Positions 63,518 to 64,000 of a DNA stretch of 64,000 bases are shown here, piece after piece; position 1 is the stretch's first letter; the number at the start of each line of letters is the position of its first letter. The notes beneath the pieces were generated by a model. It was not told where the DNA came from and did not search any database. It saw only the letters and a program-made list of their open reading frames with translations. The position numbers and the translations under genes are program-made. The DNA comes from Schmidtea polychroa (taxonomy: Eukaryota), in the NCBI GenBank assembly GCA_044892525.1, contig CM097885.1, positions 8,806,001 to 8,870,000 on the forward strand, written 5' to 3'.

Positions 63518-64000
63518 TTTTTAAAGATATTAACAATTGATGACTAGTATCTTTTTCAAGGTCATATTATTATTTTTCAAGGTCATATTATTATTTATTT
63601 AAGGTCATATTTTAAAATTTTAAATTTTCAGACTTCCCATCAATGGATTCTATTGATTGATGGTTCATTCGAAAGGTATTTGAGAGGTAAGTATGACGGT
63701 CAGACCGTCAAAGGCTATTTTTCAAACCTTATAAAATGTATATCAACACATGGTATACTCTGAGTTTATCTGACAACATATTTTGTCCCCATATGGGGAT
63801 TGGTGGCAAGGGTACTGGTCACACTCAACATGTCACAAAAGTATATTATTATTACATTTATTATTTTTTCAAGGTCATATTTTCAAAATTAATATTTTAT
63901 GAGTTCACGACCATGGACTTTATTGAACAATAGCTCATTTTAAAGGTTGTTCAAAAGGCTTCACATGAAAATATTGTTAATAATAGTATTATTATCACTA

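Overview
This is very AT-rich eukaryotic DNA. The (AAT)n tracts, 42-50 nt GT-AG introns and a TRAF/MATH gene suggest an invertebrate such as a planarian, but that is inference only. The window is dominated by Polinton/Maverick (adintovirus-like) elements of two distinct families. Element A (15920-29946, about 14 kb) has TIRs and a full gene set: pPolB, membrane protein, fibre-like protein, penton, adenain protease, pX-like protein, packaging ATPase, a ZnF-PLA2-integrase fusion and a double-jelly-roll capsid. It also carries two Pol III-type tRNA-like units. It is inserted into the pPolB gene of a family B Polinton. Family B is present as decayed, rearranged pieces from 9.8 to 49 kb, including a 3460-bp triplication and several candidate spliceosomal introns. 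Two paralogous 4-exon acidic genes that the ORF track misses lie among these pieces. The flanks hold a long AC/GT-skewed non-coding foldback repeat, a TRAF-like gene, a Gypsy fragment, an orphan GC-rich ORF, a Tigger/pogo fragment and a MULE-type MITE. All calls come from motif recognition by eye; no searches were run.
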